Shown piece after piece: positions 49,190 through 59,603 of a stretch of 64,000 bases of DNA (position 1 is its first letter; each line of letters starts with the position of its first letter). The DNA is from a virus (lineage: Duplodnaviria; Caudoviricetes): positions 1-64,000 of the IMG/VR virus record IMGVR_UViG_3300028591_005215. One strand, written 5' to 3'. The notes under the pieces are model-generated. The model had not been told where the DNA came from, did no database searches, and saw nothing but the letters and a program-made list of their open reading frames with translations. The position numbers were made by a program, and so were the translations under genes.

Positions 49190-50359
49190 TCACTTACCTT
49201 TTAACTTTTGCATAATACCATTATGGAAAAATATAGAATCACCTCCCATTTCCCTTACAAAATCAGTTAGCATTTTAACGCAATTTAGTGCATCATCACT
49301 TTCTGCATAATCGCAGTTTAATTTTTTAATTCCTTCTTGCGCTTTACTTGAAAGTATATTTAATTCTTCTCCACCTAATTCGTCTGAATATAATTCACTT
49401 GCCATTTGTACCATAGGTGTTGAATAATTTGATAATCCATAATCATCAAGATATTCTTCTGCTATATTAATAGCATCGACTTTAAATGCAAATGGTGCAT
49501 TATCATCCATCATAACATAGTACAGCCCCATAAATAATGCAACATTACAAATACAAGATGTTACTTCTTTACTAAAGTCATATTGATTGGTTTGATTTAT
49601 ATTAATTAAATCACTTGGTAGAATTTGAATTTCATTTCTATTGCTTGCAAAATCTTCCATAGTTCCATAAAAATGGAAAATATCATGATGTTCAGTAAAA
49701 TAATCTTTTATATTATTTAATTCTCTTAATATAACTTTTTTATAAGACCCTCTATCTTTAGCTGATTTTGCTATTAATATATCTATTCTTTTAATATATT
49801 TTTTAGCACCATTTATAAATGGTTTATCTGAAAATATTCTATCCTCATTTTCGATTTGTGCTTGATATTTTAATTGATTAGAACCTTGTAAGTTGTGAAG
49901 ATTTGTCACTGACTTATCCTTCCAAATGTTATTTATCCCATTTAAAGCACTTTGTTTAGTTGAAAACTCTCTTTTATCCCTGTCTTTTAAATCTATATAA
50001 TTATAATCGCTATCATCACCATCTATGGTGTTATATTTATCAGGCCATCTAAAAAAGTTAACAGGTTTTCCCCTATAATTATTAGACAATAAATCACCAT
50101 CAAGTGTTAGTCTTACAAATCCATTTGAAACCCAAGAATTATAACCTATATATGGGTTTGATGCTCTTGTAACTGACATAAAGAATCTTCTTTTTGGCTG
50201 ATTCCAATGTTCACTTTTAGAAACGGCATTTGTTTTTAGAATAAATCTGTCACTCTTAATAATTTTAACAAAATTATCCAACCCTGTAAAATGAAAACAA
50301 ATACTTGAAATGCTTTCATTTAATGTGTTTTTAACTATATCTCCAAAATTAAAGTCCAT
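49190..50359 (-). CDS. ADP-ribosyltransferase-fold-like protein with TLNE leader
   Basis: FHFT...MSVTR...VRLTLDG...ENEDR (H, S and ExE pattern). Confidence 0.5.
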   Translation of the reverse strand: MDFNFGDIVKNTLNESISSICFHFTGLDNFVKIIKSDRFILKTNAVSKSEHWNQPKRRFFMSVTRASNPYIGYNSWVSNGFVRLTLDGDLLSNNYRGKPVNFFRWPDKYNTIDGDDSDYNYIDLKDRDKREFSTKQSALNGINNIWKDKSVTNLHNLQGSNQLKYQAQIENEDRIFSDKPFINGAKKYIKRIDILIAKSAKDRGSYKKVILRELNNIKDYFTEHHDIFHFYGTMEDFASNRNEIQILPSDLININQTNQYDFSKEVTSCICNVALFMGLYYVMMDDNAPFAFKVDAINIAEEYLDDYGLSNYSTPMVQMASELYSDELGGEELNILSSKAQEGIKKLNCDYAESDDALNCVKMLTDFVREMGGDSIFFHNGIMQKLKGK

Positions 50360-50407
50360 TTTATGTAATAATATAGTAATAAATATGTTGGAAATAAAAA
50401 ATGGAAA

Positions 50408-51145
50408 CTATATTTCATAGTTTCCATTCATCATAGCTTGTTCGTTTTTTCGTCTTTCAATATGACCTTTTTGGTATACCCTTGTTTCACTAACACAAGA
50501 AATTGCTTGCTTAATTTTTCCACTTTTTAAAAGTTCATAAAATCTTGTTGTTTTTATTCCTCGTTCACCACAATTATAAATTAATGATGCAAGACCATCA
50601 ACAAAATCTTGACTAACATATACTTTATTAGCTGATAATTCATCGGTGATTCTAACAAGTGCAGGATTAATGAATTCATTCATATCTTTTTCAAATAATT
50701 CATCTGCATCTTTTTTTGATATCCAATCACCTACCTTTTTATTTCTCAACCATTTAGGGTCTTTTGAATTTATTTTATGACCCCAGCCTAAAGTTATACC
50801 ATTAACATCCCAATAAGCTCTTCTTGACAATGTTTCAGTACTTTTAATGAATGCCATTCCATTTTTTGAAATGTGAACTTTTTCAACTGTTTTTTGCTTT
50901 TTTACATCGTTATTTTTACCTACATTATTTGCAATACGTTGCTCATTTATTTTTTTATGTTCTTTAGTAATTATTTTAGTCTTAATATACCCTGAAGGCA
51001 TAGGATTCCCAAAGAGCGTTGATGTACCTATGATGCCCCAAAAAAGTAAAGAACATTTTATATTATCTTTAATCTTCTTTTTGGTATTATAAATGCTTAT
51101 TGCTCTTTTAGCAGTAGGATTATTTTTTACTAAATTATTCATCAT
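50408..51145 (-). CDS. Phage lysozyme (GH24) with N-terminal hydrophobic segment
   Basis: E-x8-D-x4-T triad (ETLSRRAYWDVNGITLGWGH), SLIYNCG, RRKNE. Confidence 0.85.
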   Translation of the reverse strand: MMNNLVKNNPTAKRAISIYNTKKKIKDNIKCSLLFWGIIGTSTLFGNPMPSGYIKTKIITKEHKKINEQRIANNVGKNNDVKKQKTVEKVHISKNGMAFIKSTETLSRRAYWDVNGITLGWGHKINSKDPKWLRNKKVGDWISKKDADELFEKDMNEFINPALVRITDELSANKVYVSQDFVDGLASLIYNCGERGIKTTRFYELLKSGKIKQAISCVSETRVYQKGHIERRKNEQAMMNGNYEI

Positions 51146-51230
51146 GTCAAAAATTGGTTATAACGGCAATATAATATAATTATTCTGTTATTGAAAATAT
51201 TTATAGTTAATAAAAGTTAAATAAAATAAT

Positions 51231-51542
51231 ATGAATTTTTTAAGGTCTTTAATTAACATAAACTCCGCTGATAGTAGCAGAAGTTTTACGCTTGTAGTTT
51301 CAAGTTTTATATCAATTTTAATTGGTGTTATAATTTGTTTTGCAATTGTATGGGATGTAATACACAATGATTACATAAAAACTGATATGGAAAACGTAGG
51401 AATCTTTATGCTATGCCTTGGTGGTTATGTAGCAGGTAGTTCTGTCAGTAAAGTTTTCCCAAATAAACTAAAAGGAACAAAAGCAGGTGAATATATGGAA
51501 GCAATTGAAAATAATGATAAAGAAGAAATTAACCAAAATTAA
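51231..51542 (+). CDS. 2-TM membrane protein, holin candidate
   Basis: Two TM segments, charged tail, next to the lysozyme. Confidence 0.5.
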   Translation: MNFLRSLININSADSSRSFTLVVSSFISILIGVIICFAIVWDVIHNDYIKTDMENVGIFMLCLGGYVAGSSVSKVFPNKLKGTKAGEYMEAIENNDKEEINQN

Positions 51543-51688
51543 CAAAAATAATTTGCTTTATAAAATTTAATTTTGTATATTTGGTGTACGTATAAAGAAA
51601 AGAAGCAAAAGAAATAAATAATAATATATTATATATAATAATCTATATAATATTATATAATATATATTATTAATATAATAATAAAATC

Positions 51689-52129
51689 ATGAAAAAATAT
51701 TTGTTATTTTTAGTTAGTATTTTCTATATAGTTATAGGACTTACTTCATGCTCAACAACTTTTGGAAGCACTGATGATGAATACCAAAATAGTAGTTTTG
51801 ACATAAGCATAGTACTTTCAAATGGTACTCCATATTATTACAATAATAGGCTGAATTATTACTTGTATAACGGGGTCTACTATTACCCACTTTTCTACAA
51901 TGGCTATTGGTACTATCGTGGGTATACAAGACCTTTTGCAAGAGGGTACTATCCAAGATTTGATTATCGGACAGGTTATAGATACGTTCCAAGAAGAAAT
52001 ACATTCTTTAGAAGAAGACCATATGTTAATTACCAAAGAATTAATAGGCTTCCACGAAAAAGAAGGGATTATGCAAATAGAATTTTTGGCGGTAATCATA
52101 TGCATAGACCAAACGGTTGGTATAGATAA
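51689..52129 (+). CDS. Tyr/Arg-rich lipoprotein
   Basis: LTSC lipobox. Confidence 0.75.
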   Translation: MKKYLLFLVSIFYIVIGLTSCSTTFGSTDDEYQNSSFDISIVLSNGTPYYYNNRLNYYLYNGVYYYPLFYNGYWYYRGYTRPFARGYYPRFDYRTGYRYVPRRNTFFRRRPYVNYQRINRLPRKRRDYANRIFGGNHMHRPNGWYR

Positions 52130-52224
52130 TATTAAAGGTGAATCTTAACTGATTCACCTTTTTTGTTTTTATGTGCTATTTAATATTTATAGATAAATTA
52201 TAATTTTTATAAAAATATTATATA

Positions 52225-53940
52225 ATGGCTAATAATATAAATATGTCAGCTAGAGTAAAAATGGTATATAGTGATAAAACAAATGCTATATATTTCAATG
52301 TGCATCTACCTGATGAATCTAAAATACAAGATATAGTAGACATATTAGATGATGAAAATTTTATTGCTAATTTAATGTCAAGCATAGACTCAAAAACAAA
52401 TCAAACTGTTAGGGAAAAAGGTGCTTATGAGGTTATTTTTCCTGCTTTAGATAAAGACGGTAAATATAACATTAAAATACCAAGGGATGGTAAGCCTGAA
52501 GACTGGGTACCTATAGATTGGGAAGAGTTTATGGATGATTATGCAGAGGATAAAAGCATTTTAAATGAATTATTTGACGTTATCGAAAGGTATGGATATA
52601 CTGTTAATCCATATGATAAAAAAATGGCTTCATCTACACCATTTGTTATCGAAAAAACGATAGAAGCGTTAAATCAACCAATTAACGAAAATATGGCTAA
52701 TATGGCCGAAGCTATTTTTGCAAATATTCATAATCCTGAAATACAAAAAATGTTAAATGGAATTAGAATAGCATCAGATTCCGTAGATGATATGCAAAAT
52801 AGCATAGGTAATGCGGAATTTGGTAGTGCTAAGTATATTTTAGCAACGAAAGCGTTAAGTGAAAAAAATACAGTGTGGATTCTTTCTCAATGGTTAACTT
52901 ATAATAGACCAGGTGCGCCAACTTTGATTGCCACATCAAATCAATGGAATGAAATTGGGTGTGAAGTTGTTAACCCAAATTATCCATTAAGAGCACGTAA
53001 GCCATATAGTTATAATGGTAATGAAATGGGTGATGATGAAGCTGAAGCAAAATTAGGTGTTGATAGAGATACAGCGTATAAAATGGATAAAGGTGTTGGA
53101 AAAGCATGGGATAGATTCAGTAGTTTCCAAAGATATAATGATGGGAATTTCACACAAGTTATTTATTGGGACATACAAGATGTACAAGTAGTTGACCAAC
53201 GTCTTTGGCAAGAATTCCAAGAAGATGCCAATATGGAAAATATGTCGCATAAGTTTAATCAAAAAGCGCTTGATTTAATGTCTGATGACGAAAAAAATTC
53301 TATTGGTAATGAAATCAGCACACAGGATGATAATACACAAAACGGCAATGATGATGAAAACATGATAGCTGATAACGCAGTTAACATTGAATTAACAAGA
53401 GAAGCATTATTAGACTTAATAGGTGATAACCCAATATATAGCGACACTGTTAAGCTTATTAAATCACGTCCTGATAATATTAGTGATATATTACGTTCAT
53501 ATTTTATGCACGAACCTAATATTGACCGTGAAAAAAACATTAAATTGAAAAATTCAAAAATTGAAATTTGTAATGGTGCTGTTCAAATGACGTTAAGAAT
53601 TGGTCTTGCAGATGTAAGAAATAAATGGAGAGAAGTAGCTAATAGCTTCAAAGATATACATGAACTTACTGAAATGTATAGTAATGTGGCAAAGGTAATC
53701 AATGCAGTTAAAGCTAAGCAAAAAGAATATGTTATGAAAGAAAATAGGGTGATTAATGAAGGAAATGAATTCACTTTTAACGATTTTTTAAATTGTTTGG
53801 GAATTTCAGAAAATGATTTAGAAAAACAAATTCAACATAATCAACAAATGGCAATGGAACAAAAGCAAATAAAATCCAAATTTTACAAAATGTGGAACAA
53901 AATAATTGAAGCTAACAATTTAAATCATGGGGTTATTTAA
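52225..53940 (+). CDS. Large protein with a possible ArdC-N-like ssDNA-binding domain
   Basis: S..N...I..Q...PT.IA...QW...G..V...P...F..V..WDI pattern. Confidence 0.5.
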   Translation: MANNINMSARVKMVYSDKTNAIYFNVHLPDESKIQDIVDILDDENFIANLMSSIDSKTNQTVREKGAYEVIFPALDKDGKYNIKIPRDGKPEDWVPIDWEEFMDDYAEDKSILNELFDVIERYGYTVNPYDKKMASSTPFVIEKTIEALNQPINENMANMAEAIFANIHNPEIQKMLNGIRIASDSVDDMQNSIGNAEFGSAKYILATKALSEKNTVWILSQWLTYNRPGAPTLIATSNQWNEIGCEVVNPNYPLRARKPYSYNGNEMGDDEAEAKLGVDRDTAYKMDKGVGKAWDRFSSFQRYNDGNFTQVIYWDIQDVQVVDQRLWQEFQEDANMENMSHKFNQKALDLMSDDEKNSIGNEISTQDDNTQNGNDDENMIADNAVNIELTREALLDLIGDNPIYSDTVKLIKSRPDNISDILRSYFMHEPNIDREKNIKLKNSKIEICNGAVQMTLRIGLADVRNKWREVANSFKDIHELTEMYSNVAKVINAVKAKQKEYVMKENRVINEGNEFTFNDFLNCLGISENDLEKQIQHNQQMAMEQKQIKSKFYKMWNKIIEANNLNHGVI

Positions 53941-55312
53941 TAATGTAGTAGAAAACGTATTATGTGAAACTAAAAAGAAAGAAACGTTTAATTATGATTC
54001 CATTCCAGAAAGTGATTTTGTAAATGGCCCTGTGTATGTTTACCATATGACATCAGAAAATAACCTTAAAGGTGGCATTCTTAAATCAGGATGGGAAAGT
54101 TTTTATAATTTGGTTAATTCATATGGCCCTGGTATATATACCACAATATACCCAAGCTTTGACCCAAGAGCTGAAGTTAAAGATGAAAATGGCAATCCAA
54201 ACCCAACATTGGACTATGATGGTGGCACGTCAAGATATAGTGCAAGACGTTGGATTTATGGTGAAAAAGATAACAAAGGTGGTGGACGTGGTAAACCTGC
54301 TGTTATGATTGCTTGTAAAACAATTAATCCAAAACCTTTTTGGAGCTTTGTTATTTTAGATGAAAAAATAGCTAAACAAGTATATAGAAGACATTGGAGG
54401 TTAGAAGACCAACTTAAATTAATATTAGGTGATAAATTATATTCTTATGCCGAAAGAAAATTTGGACATAATTTAATACACCTTTACAATGCAGGAAGGC
54501 GATTAACATATGAAAGGGGTGATGTTGCATATAGCATTGACCATATGCTTTGCAGTGATTTGATGCTTAATAGAAAAATAAAAGGTATTATTTTCCACGG
54601 TCCTGGTGATGGATTTGTTGCAATATTCAGGGACTACAACGCATTACAGCCTTTTGCTGTTAGTGATGATTGTGGACATACATTTAGAGAACTAAATGTT
54701 GAGCATACTTACGAAGAATATAATAATAACAATGTTGACGTTAGAAGTGCTTTAGGTCTTGATAGATTCTTCTTTGTTAAAAAAGACACAATTAAACCTG
54801 AGTATATTGGCAGATTAAAAGGTGTTCCTTTTAAATATCTTAGTAGTGTGTTTTACGGTGATTATGCTATGGTAGGTGATACTGATAATCCGCAAATAAG
54901 AAGAGAAACAATTGGTGGCAGACCTTATAGTTTTATAACAACTGAAAATAAAAATGAATGGAAATGGAACTTTATTTACAAGCCTTTAATTAATTCTTCA
55001 GAAGATTATAATGATATTCTTGTTAGTAAACATATATGGTTTGATACAGTTTCAGAAGTTTGGAATAAGAATACTTGCCTTGTATCTAAAGATAATAAGC
55101 TATATTATATAATAAATAAAAGTGGAACATTCTTCTTATATGATAATAAAGGTATAGAAATAGGCGATTTAGCTAACATAACTGACGCTGATTTAATAAA
55201 CGCAGAAGAAACTAATGATAAGCAAAATGAACCTAAAAATGAGCCCAATAATACTGATAACAAATCAGTTAAGAAAGTAAGACCTAAACGAATATTTGGC
55301 TTAAAAAAATAA
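53927..55312 (+). CDS. ADP-ribosyltransferase-fold-like protein
   Basis: VYHMT...YGPGIYTT pattern; VENVLCE leader. Confidence 0.55.
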   Translation: MGLFNNVVENVLCETKKKETFNYDSIPESDFVNGPVYVYHMTSENNLKGGILKSGWESFYNLVNSYGPGIYTTIYPSFDPRAEVKDENGNPNPTLDYDGGTSRYSARRWIYGEKDNKGGGRGKPAVMIACKTINPKPFWSFVILDEKIAKQVYRRHWRLEDQLKLILGDKLYSYAERKFGHNLIHLYNAGRRLTYERGDVAYSIDHMLCSDLMLNRKIKGIIFHGPGDGFVAIFRDYNALQPFAVSDDCGHTFRELNVEHTYEEYNNNNVDVRSALGLDRFFFVKKDTIKPEYIGRLKGVPFKYLSSVFYGDYAMVGDTDNPQIRRETIGGRPYSFITTENKNEWKWNFIYKPLINSSEDYNDILVSKHIWFDTVSEVWNKNTCLVSKDNKLYYIINKSGTFFLYDNKGIEIGDLANITDADLINAEETNDKQNEPKNEPNNTDNKSVKKVRPKRIFGLKK

Positions 55313-55447
55313 AAATCTGAAAAAAGTTAGCCCAAAATTTGGTTCTAACTTTTTTTTATTATATATTTGCATCGTTACAAATGACGAACACAATGAATGT
55401 TATGTAACATATTATATATTTTTAATATTTAAATTTTTCAGATTTTT

Positions 55448-55984
55448 ATGAAGACTAAAATTTTAGTAGCAGAGATTCCATTCGGTGAATCAGTAGAGAG
55501 TGTTTTGGATAGTATTCTTCGTGATACTATTGTAGATGCACCACGTGGTTTTAATTCACGTACCACTCGTACCGCATTTACACCTAATCGTCAATCACGT
55601 GTTAAGCATTGCACTTTTGGTAATGCATTTGATGAAGACTTTAGCGTTTCACGTGAGGTTCGTTTTGATGAACCACTCCCAGCTTGGGGTGTAGCAGGCA
55701 AACCTGCTGACAATAACAAGGTATTCGGAGCAGGGTTCCATATTGATGAACCTGTAATTGAAAACTATGCATTTGGTGACGAATGGAAATTCGAATCAGA
55801 CAAGGAAGCATTTGACCGCTTCGTAGATGCAGGTGAAGATTGTGTAGCACGTGGTTTGGCACGTCCAGATGGTGTTACTGAGCATCGTGTACAGGCTATT
55901 CGTAAGAGAATTCAGGATGGACCTGCTTTTCCTCACGAAACTGGTGGTAATGAATTGATTGGTGAAAGCCATATTTGGCGATAA
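55448..55984 (+). CDS. Hypothetical protein, codon usage suggests high expression
   Basis: Own promoter and terminator; CGT/GGT-biased codons. Confidence 0.8.
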   Translation: MKTKILVAEIPFGESVESVLDSILRDTIVDAPRGFNSRTTRTAFTPNRQSRVKHCTFGNAFDEDFSVSREVRFDEPLPAWGVAGKPADNNKVFGAGFHIDEPVIENYAFGDEWKFESDKEAFDRFVDAGEDCVARGLARPDGVTEHRVQAIRKRIQDGPAFPHETGGNELIGESHIWR

Positions 55985-56086
55985 ATCAATTAAAACATAA
56001 ATAAGGCGTACTTTAATCAGTATGCCTTATTTTTTTTTATATATTGTAATTGTGAACAAGAATCTTCACTCAAATTATGAAATAAT

Positions 56087-57412
56087 ATGGAAACTTTTAG
56101 AGATATAGAAAATGATGGTAGACTTTTGTATAAATACACAAGGGGTTCTACTTTATATAATCTAAACACACCAGATAGCGATTTAGATGAAGGTGGACTT
56201 TATATTCAAAGTAAAAATAGTTTTTTAGGGCTTTCAGATATAGAGTTCAAAGGACAAGTTTCTGATGAAAGGAACGATACTACGTGGTATGAAGTAGGTA
56301 AGTTTTGTGGTATGCTTTTATCTTCAAACCCAACAGTGTTAGAAGCATTGTTTACACCTGAAGATAAACAACTATTAAAACCAAACAAAGTTTTAACGCC
56401 TTTATTTGAGAACAGGGATTTGTTTATAACAAAAGATTGCTTCAAACCTTTTGTTCAATATGCGATTGAACAAATACATAAGGCAAGAGGATTAAATAAA
56501 AAAATTGTTAATCCGATTAATGAAAGAAAATGGCCACTTGAATTTTGTTACACTTTTAGAAAGCAAGGTAGTACAAATGTAACACATTGGCTTGAATACC
56601 GTAACTTGAAACAAGAATATTGTGGCCTTGTTAATATTCCAAATATGCACGATATATATGGCGTTTATTATGATTGGGGCAAATATTTTGAAGATGAAGG
56701 AATTACAGGTGAAGACTTGGTTAAATACTATCATTACCCAAAGGAATATTGGGACACAGCAAAAATTGTAAAATTGCTTAAGGGAGCAAAATCTGAAAAA
56801 GAAAAATCTAATTATGAAAAGATGCTAAAAGGATGCCACCAATACAATATGGCGCATTTTATAGCAGATTTTTATAGTTTCAATGGTGATATTGATGAAA
56901 CATTAATGAAGTTTGCGAAGCAAAAGCCTATTGGCTATCATGGGATAGTAAGTCCAAAATCCAACGAACTTAGGCTATCTTCAGTGTCTAAGGGTGAAAT
57001 GCCTATCTGTTATATATCATTTAATCAGCAAGGTTATACAAAGCATTGCATTGAGTATAATGAATATCAAAAATGGGTTAAATTCAGAAATCCTAAAAGG
57101 TATGAAAGTAACCTTAAAAAGAATTATGACTCAAAAAATATGATGCATTGTATTAGACTTATCACAATGGGCCAAGAATTAGCTGAAGGTAAAGGACTTA
57201 TTCTTGATAGACGTATTGCTGGCGATAGGGACTTTTTAATGGATATAAGGAATCATAAATTTGAATATGATGAATTAATAGCAATTGCAATAGAAAAAGA
57301 AGCAAAAATGAAAGAAGCTATTGCTAAATCTACATTAGCGGAACATATCAATAAAGACTTAATTAATGACATTCTTATAGATATAAGAAAAAATATGTAC
57401 AAAATGCAATAA
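56087..57412 (+). CDS. Pol-beta-superfamily nucleotidyltransferase (YcgL/RlaP-like)
   Basis: RGSTLYNLNTPDSDLD (GS...DxD), SNPTVLE, YDSKNMMHCIRL. Confidence 0.85.
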   Translation: METFRDIENDGRLLYKYTRGSTLYNLNTPDSDLDEGGLYIQSKNSFLGLSDIEFKGQVSDERNDTTWYEVGKFCGMLLSSNPTVLEALFTPEDKQLLKPNKVLTPLFENRDLFITKDCFKPFVQYAIEQIHKARGLNKKIVNPINERKWPLEFCYTFRKQGSTNVTHWLEYRNLKQEYCGLVNIPNMHDIYGVYYDWGKYFEDEGITGEDLVKYYHYPKEYWDTAKIVKLLKGAKSEKEKSNYEKMLKGCHQYNMAHFIADFYSFNGDIDETLMKFAKQKPIGYHGIVSPKSNELRLSSVSKGEMPICYISFNQQGYTKHCIEYNEYQKWVKFRNPKRYESNLKKNYDSKNMMHCIRLITMGQELAEGKGLILDRRIAGDRDFLMDIRNHKFEYDELIAIAIEKEAKMKEAIAKSTLAEHINKDLINDILIDIRKNMYKMQ

Positions 57413-57512
57413 TATTTGCCGTTAACATCACTTAACATCAAATATTTTCGTTTATGACTTATTTTTAATATATTTGCATCATCAAAACAGCAATTTAAAA
57501 TAATAAAGTAAT

Positions 57513-58559
57513 ATGGGATGCTTTAATTCAAGCGGTTTTTTCAGCCATTTGCCTTTGCAATGTGGTGATGAAATGGTAGCAATAGTTTGCTATGGTTCAT
57601 CAAATGATAAAATAAGTAATCTACCTATTAATTGCAATTCGTCATTAACTCCTATTTGTGCTCCTATATTTGGGAAATACAATGATTATGGCTCAATTCA
57701 AGATGTTATTGATGATAATAATTATATGTTTTTCCAAGACAAGCTTCAGATTAGCATTAATTGGCTTTTTGATTTTCTTCATGATAAAGGTTGTTTAACA
57801 TATAATGATTCAGAATCATATGAAGAAAATAAAGAAAAAGAATATAAAATACATTCTAAAGAGAGCAGCCTAAATAAATATATAATTGAATCTGACATAA
57901 AAGATTTGGAGGATATTGCGAAATACCGTTCAATCCTTGAAAAAATATTTAAAGATTTCTATGGGGATTGGAAAAATCAATACCTTTGTATTATTATGGA
58001 GCGTAAAGATGTTTACAATACTATTGTAAATGCATCATCAAAATATTGTTATTACAGTAAAAAATATATAGAAAATGTTTTTAATGATTTAATATCAAGA
58101 AGTAATGCTATTAAATCGTTATGTAATAAGATAGGATTAAAAACATCAAGCGCTGATTTTTCAATTTTTAATGATAATGAACATTTCAGTAGAATAGAAA
58201 TGAAACTATTCGATATGGCAAATGGATGTGATGAAGAAAAATGGAAAGAATATTTTGCTGAATTTAAAAAATATAAGCAAAGTAGTTTTCCTATAGAATT
58301 CAATTACATTACTTCATTTGGGCAAGAAACGGCAAAAGGGTTTGATTTATATAATGATTTTGAGCATGATTGGAATGGTATTAAAGATAATCTAATTGAT
58401 TTTTGTTTATTCGCAAAAGCACTTAATGCTATTGGTGCTAAATTTGAATTATCTTCATATAGTGGGCAAGACACATTTTATAAAATGAACAAAGAAATAT
58501 TAGAATCAATGCTTGATATTGTAACGAAAAAGATTAATAAAGAAGTTGATGAAGAATAA
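57513..58559 (+). CDS. Hypothetical large-phage protein (MGCFN...G.YNDYG family)
   Basis: 348 aa, own promoter. Confidence 0.8.
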   Translation: MGCFNSSGFFSHLPLQCGDEMVAIVCYGSSNDKISNLPINCNSSLTPICAPIFGKYNDYGSIQDVIDDNNYMFFQDKLQISINWLFDFLHDKGCLTYNDSESYEENKEKEYKIHSKESSLNKYIIESDIKDLEDIAKYRSILEKIFKDFYGDWKNQYLCIIMERKDVYNTIVNASSKYCYYSKKYIENVFNDLISRSNAIKSLCNKIGLKTSSADFSIFNDNEHFSRIEMKLFDMANGCDEEKWKEYFAEFKKYKQSSFPIEFNYITSFGQETAKGFDLYNDFEHDWNGIKDNLIDFCLFAKALNAIGAKFELSSYSGQDTFYKMNKEILESMLDIVTKKINKEVDEE

Positions 58560-58663
58560 CATTAATTAACATATTATCTTTTTGTTTTCAAGATTTTTTT
58601 AATATATTTGCATTGTAAAATTTAAATAGAAACAATTTTTTTAATAACTTATCTTAAATAAAA

Positions 58664-59494
58664 ATGGTACAAAACAAAGAGCAGCTTCGCCAAGAAGCAC
58701 AGGCTTGGATTGCACAAGCATCACAGGATTTGAGTGGTCGTTTTAACGATTTTATTCGTCAGAGTGAAATTGATGTCGATGAGTTGGCTGACGTGTTAGA
58801 TATTAGTGTTGATACATTAGACTATATCCTACATGGTGATGTTGCCAATATTACAGCGGAAACACTTATTAAGTTGTTCATCGCTAATGATTTGGCGGTA
58901 GAAATTAAACCTGTTAGTGAGACACCTATTGGTAACTTCGGTCCTATGAGTGGTCGTATGCCAATGCCACCACTTGGTACACGCACTCCTATGGGCGTAC
59001 CTATCCCACCAAGAGGTGGATTTGGCCGTAGGCCAGTTGCAGCACCTCAGCCACGTGACGAACACGGACGTTTCGTTTCACGTGCTCGTAAGGCAGCTCC
59101 ATCACCTCAACGTGTAGTACGTAAGGTAGAAGCACCTCGTCAGCATCAAGCACCAACACCTTATGATGGGCTTGATAAAGATGCACTTGCTAATATCATT
59201 AATCGTAATCTTTGGGGTAGTGAAATTGATTTGGTTAATGCCACTAAGCAGCAGATGGTTAATTTCCTCATTGATAAGGAACGTGCATTTGCTGAGGTTG
59301 AAAGTCAGCAATCTCCACGTCAGAATGAGCCACGTAAGCAACAGGAAGCACCACGTGCTGAAACCCGTCAAGCACCTCAGTCTAATGGTAATGTAAACGA
59401 CCCACGTGTGGCTGGCTTGCTTAATGGAATGCTGAAACTCATTGAGCAGAATCCACAATTGGCTGAGCAGCTTAGTAAGTTTGGACAGAACTAA
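58664..59494 (+). CDS. XRE-like HTH protein with Pro/Arg/Gln-rich disordered region
   Basis: ELADVLDISVDTLDYILHG...ITAETLIKL. Confidence 0.65.
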   Translation: MVQNKEQLRQEAQAWIAQASQDLSGRFNDFIRQSEIDVDELADVLDISVDTLDYILHGDVANITAETLIKLFIANDLAVEIKPVSETPIGNFGPMSGRMPMPPLGTRTPMGVPIPPRGGFGRRPVAAPQPRDEHGRFVSRARKAAPSPQRVVRKVEAPRQHQAPTPYDGLDKDALANIINRNLWGSEIDLVNATKQQMVNFLIDKERAFAEVESQQSPRQNEPRKQQEAPRAETRQAPQSNGNVNDPRVAGLLNGMLKLIEQNPQLAEQLSKFGQN

Positions 59495-59603
59495 GCAAAA
59501 GCTTAAAAAGTATAAAAGGTAGAACAAATTAATTTGTTCTACCTTTTTTGTTATTTAACAATTTTTATATATATTTGCGTCACGATTATTAAAATAAAAC
59601 ATT

